DNA of 64,000 nt from contig CAXXOA010000001.1 of assembly GCA_963666275.2 (NCBI GenBank), positions 832,001-896,000 of the forward strand, written 5' to 3'. Below the pieces are notes generated by a model. That model was not told where the DNA came from. It saw only the letters and a program-made list of their open reading frames with translations, and made no database searches. Of this stretch, positions 60,489 through 64,000 are shown piece after piece. The position numbers and the translations under genes are program-made. Within the stretch, counting starts at the first letter, position 1; each line of letters starts with the position of its first letter. This DNA is from Oceanispirochaeta sp. (GTDB taxonomy: Bacteria > Spirochaetota > Spirochaetia > DSM-2461).

Positions 60489-62441
60489 ATGATCATGTAT
60501 AGGAAAAAGAGCAATAAAGATTCCCTGGAATACGCAGAGAATATTCTCAATACTATTCGTGAACCCCTCATTGTTCTGGATCAGAATTTGAGGGTGATTT
60601 CAGCAAACAGTTCTTTTTTTAAAGTTTTCAGGGAAGAGCCTGATGAAACCCTGGGGCAGCTGATTTATAACCTGGGCAATCATCAATGGGATATTCCTCA
60701 ACTGCGGGAGTTACTGGAGAGGATTCTTCCTTTAGAGCAATCCTTTGATAATTATAAGGTTGAACATCATTTCAATACACTCGGCCGTCGTATTATGTCA
60801 TTAAATGCACGGAAGATTGAACGTAAAAAGGGAAAAGAGGAAATCATTCTTCTGGCGATTGAGGATATCACAGAGAAGGAAATGGCCCAACTCGCCCTTG
60901 AAGACTCAGAAGAACGATTTAGGCGATTATTTGAAACGGCGAAAGATGGTCTTTTTCTTTTAGATAAGAAAAACGGTCAAATCGTTAATGCGAATCCGGC
61001 GATTTGCAAGTTGTTGGGTTATACACAAAAAAAAATCATCGGTAAGTCACTTCACGACTTTCATTTTTCTATGGTCCTTGATGATTTTTACATCCTGTTG
61101 GAACATTTAATTATTCATGGCTTTATTTCCTATAATGACATTTTTGTACAAAATAAGCTAGGGACGCCAGTTAGCATCGATCTTCAAATCATTGACAGGT
61201 CGAGGTTTATTCAATGTAATTTCCGCGATATCACTGCTCGCAAGATTGCCGATAAAGAAAAGGCAATCCTTACAGATCAACTCAATCAGGCGCAGCGCAT
61301 GAAAACCGTTGGGGTTTTGGCGGGTGGGATTGCCCATGATTTTAACAATATTCTGTCCATTATTATTGGCAATGCAGAACTAGCCCTCAATGATATTTCT
61401 CCTGAAAACCCGGTCAAAGAAAATATGGAAACAGTACTGGCCGCTTCCATACGGGCAAAAGACCTGGTCAGCCAGATACTCACCTTCAGTCGGAAGGATA
61501 AAGCAATGCTTATTCCACTGTGGCCCCAGCCTCTCATTAATGAAACCTTAAAGCTCTTACGTTCGGCAACACCTGCCACCATTTCCATCATTCAGAATAT
61601 ATCAAAGGATTGCGGAATGATTATGACAGATATAACCCAATTCCATCAGATAATAATGAACCTTTTTGGGAATGCCGTCCAATCTATGAATGAGAAAGGT
61701 GAAGTGATAGTCAGTTTACAAGAAGTGAATTTGAATAATAAGGATTTTAGTCATTTTTCAAAAATGTCGCCCCTAACAATAAAAGCCCCGGGAGCTTTTG
61801 CCCGATTCTCCGTGGCTGATTCTGGAAATGGAATCGGACCGCACATAATGAAACATATCTTTGAACCTTTTTTCACCACCAAGAAGGTGGGAGAAGGAAC
61901 AGGCATGGGTTTGTCAGTGGTTCATGGCATTATTCAAAGCCAGGAAGGATTCATTACCGTTGAAAGCGAAGAAGATAAAGGAAGTACCTTCAGTGTGTTC
62001 CTCCCGATTACACACAACGAAGAAACGCATCATGTTGAAGTAAAAAAAACTATTCTTACCGGTACGGAACGAATACTTCTTGTAGATGATGAAGAACTTC
62101 TTCTGAATATGACGGAACAATTACTGGAACAAATGGGATATACAGTGACTAGTGAAGAAAGGAGTATAAAGGCTCTTAAAATTTTCAAGACAAACCCGGA
62201 AAACTTTGATCTTGTAATCACTGACCAGTCCATGCCAGAGATGTCCGGGGGAGAACTAGCATCCCAAATATTGAAAGTGAGACCGGAGATGCCCATTATT
62301 CTGTGTAGCGGATACAGCTCAAAAGTATCTGAAGAAAACTATAGAGACACTGGAATCGCTATGTATCTGAATAAACCCTATAACAGAAAAGCATTATCCG
62401 GAACGGTCAGGAAAGTATTGGACGGAAAAGGTTCAAAATAA
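60489..62441 (+). CDS. PAS-PAS-histidine kinase-REC hybrid
   Basis: Two PAS domains, [31 protein letters not shown]...ITDQSMP. Confidence 0.93.
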   Translation: MIMYRKKSNKDSLEYAENILNTIREPLIVLDQNLRVISANSSFFKVFREEPDETLGQLIYNLGNHQWDIPQLRELLERILPLEQSFDNYKVEHHFNTLGRRIMSLNARKIERKKGKEEIILLAIEDITEKEMAQLALEDSEERFRRLFETAKDGLFLLDKKNGQIVNANPAICKLLGYTQKKIIGKSLHDFHFSMVLDDFYILLEHLIIHGFISYNDIFVQNKLGTPVSIDLQIIDRSRFIQCNFRDITARKIADKEKAILTDQLNQAQRMKTVGVLAGGIAHDFNNILSIIIGNAELALNDISPENPVKENMETVLAASIRAKDLVSQILTFSRKDKAMLIPLWPQPLINETLKLLRSATPATISIIQNISKDCGMIMTDITQFHQIIMNLFGNAVQSMNEKGEVIVSLQEVNLNNKDFSHFSKMSPLTIKAPGAFARFSVADSGNGIGPHIMKHIFEPFFTTKKVGEGTGMGLSVVHGIIQSQEGFITVESEEDKGSTFSVFLPITHNEETHHVEVKKTILTGTERILLVDDEELLLNMTEQLLEQMGYTVTSEERSIKALKIFKTNPENFDLVITDQSMPEMSGGELASQILKVRPEMPIILCSGYSSKVSEENYRDTGIAMYLNKPYNRKALSGTVRKVLDGKGSK

Positions 62442-62573
62442 TATTTCTTTCCTTCCAATCTGCCCTCCATTGGTATGAGGCTTAGAGCCCATTCTTCGCT
62501 CTCTATACTTCATTAACTGTATAAAGCCTTGATATCCGGTGAATATTTCCAAAGGTTTGCGATGGTCATCTTC

Positions 62574-64000
62574 CTAAGGGACGGACGCTGATATCATCGC
62601 GTTCAAACATTCATGTACATTTACAGTGGCAAAACTGGTTGAATAATCGCTCATTGCATAGGGGATAATCAATTCTCCATTATGTATGATGCTGCCGCAG
62701 GAATAGATAACATTGGGAACATATCCCTCCCTTTCTGTTTCGTTGGGTGACAACAAGGGGCTCGTCAAGCGGCCAATCACCTTGGATGGGTCCTTAAGAT
62801 CCAGTAAAAAGGCACCCAGGCAGTATTTCCGCATAGCTCCCACACCATGACTCAATACCAGCCAACCCGCTTCAGTCTCTATGGGGGATCCACAGGTTCC
62901 GATTTTAAACAGCTCCCAGTCCATAAAGGGCTTTAGCAGTATTTTGGGCGTTTGCCAGAAATGGATATTATCTGAAAACATCAGTGATATATTCTCATCA
63001 TCCTGACGGGACAGCATGGCGAATTGATGGTTTATTTTTTTGGGGAACAGGGCCATTCCTTTATTTTGAACGGCTGGACCGTTCAGTGTTATGAATTTAA
63101 ATTGGAGAAAATCCTTGGTCTCCAGTAATTGAGGAATGGTTAATTTTCCATCATAGGCCGTATAGGTTGCATAATAGGTACAGCTGAGGTCTTCATCTTG
63201 AAACCGGACAAAACGGGCATCTTCGATCCCATTGTGTTCTGTAGGACCTCTGGGAAAGAGAATCCTCTGCGAAAAGGGGCTTTCGGAGTCAAAACATACT
63301 TCATAATTGGATTTGGCCAGTAACAGAATACCATGGAGACTTCTATCGGCTATGGTATCCATGGGGTTCATTTTCTTTCTTTCTGTTTTAAGCAGAATAC
63401 AAAGTTCATCCATGGTGAAATATTCGGGAAGAGAATCCATCACTTTTCGGCAGAAATGATTGTGCAGTCCCGCTTCCCCTAGTTTTCTGAAGAAGAGATC
63501 TTTTTTATACTTGAAATGAGGTAAATACTCGGGTTCGCAAATATAAGGGCCATGAGGTATGAGTGTTATTTCTTTTTTTGCGTTTATCCGGCCTTCCCGA
63601 AAGGTGATTGAAGATATATGCCCCTCTCCTATGGCTCTTAAGCTGAGAATGAAGCGGATTGAATCCTCAGGTAAATCGGTCTGATCCGGATGAATGACCA
63701 GGGATGGATTCAGTAAGGCTGCTGACTCCGGTGAATATTCATGGCAAAAATAAGCTCCTATAAGAGTTTTACGCTTATCAGAGATGTGAAGATCATCATG
63801 TATATAGTCCATTATTTCTTTATAGCGATTATCGAATGACTTCTTTATATCCAGATGTCTGTCTTTGAATTCCTTAATCACCTCGGTCAGTTTTGTGGAA
63901 ACCTCTGACTCCGAAAGAGACTGAATCCTAGAGATAATATGACGTGTAATGGATTTATTTCCAGCGGAAAAGGCTCTGATCAGCACATGTGATCTTTCCG
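62574..64000 (-). CDS. Glycoside hydrolase family 130 protein (5' end outside the window)
   Basis: SLRAIGEGHISS, GIEDARF, TYTAY, NKGMALFP, REGYVPNV.Y; frame open to the window edge. Confidence 0.88.
   Translation of the reverse strand, partial: ERSHVLIRAFSAGNKSITRHIISRIQSLSESEVSTKLTEVIKEFKDRHLDIKKSFDNRYKEIMDYIHDDLHISDKRKTLIGAYFCHEYSPESAALLNPSLVIHPDQTDLPEDSIRFILSLRAIGEGHISSITFREGRINAKKEITLIPHGPYICEPEYLPHFKYKKDLFFRKLGEAGLHNHFCRKVMDSLPEYFTMDELCILLKTERKKMNPMDTIADRSLHGILLLAKSNYEVCFDSESPFSQRILFPRGPTEHNGIEDARFVRFQDEDLSCTYYATYTAYDGKLTIPQLLETKDFLQFKFITLNGPAVQNKGMALFPKKINHQFAMLSRQDDENISLMFSDNIHFWQTPKILLKPFMDWELFKIGTCGSPIETEAGWLVLSHGVGAMRKYCLGAFLLDLKDPSKVIGRLTSPLLSPNETEREGYVPNVIYSCGSIIHNGELIIPYAMSDYSTSFATVNVHECLNAMISASVP

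Overview
64 kb of bacterial chromosome, probably a free-living spirochaete (inference from the signal-peptide style of the solute-binding proteins, a spirochaete-type PilZ protein and abundant MCP/GGDEF/histidine-kinase genes). No rRNA, tRNA or CRISPR array was seen. Main blocks: (1) ~3.6-16.3 kb, a visibly AT-rich sugar island (ROK kinase, ABC transporter, HxlB, transketolase, ROK repressor with three operator-like palindromes), hit by an intact IS66 and a nested IS1182-like/IS3 pair. (2) A prkA-yeaH-spoVR-prkA2 operon, followed by an AAA ATPase gene and a displaced, diverged copy of the prkA2 3' end. (3) Cytochrome c biogenesis, chemotaxis, two-component and c-di-GMP genes. (4) An operon with a pyrrolysine-free MtmB-family methyltransferase and a YkoEDC-type ECF transporter, behind a ~220-nt structured leader I cannot assign to a known riboswitch. 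(5) Several deletion-eroded pseudogenes. (6) A right-hand cluster with a Crp-family regulator, two 22-bp palindromic boxes in class II promoter geometry, a GGDEF-PTS Enzyme I fusion, gpmA, UPF0182, a hybrid kinase and GH130. The best candidates for undescribed biology are the non-Pyl MtmB/ECF/leader operon and the Crp-box-controlled GGDEF-Enzyme I fusion. All family calls come from motif recognition by eye; no searches were run.
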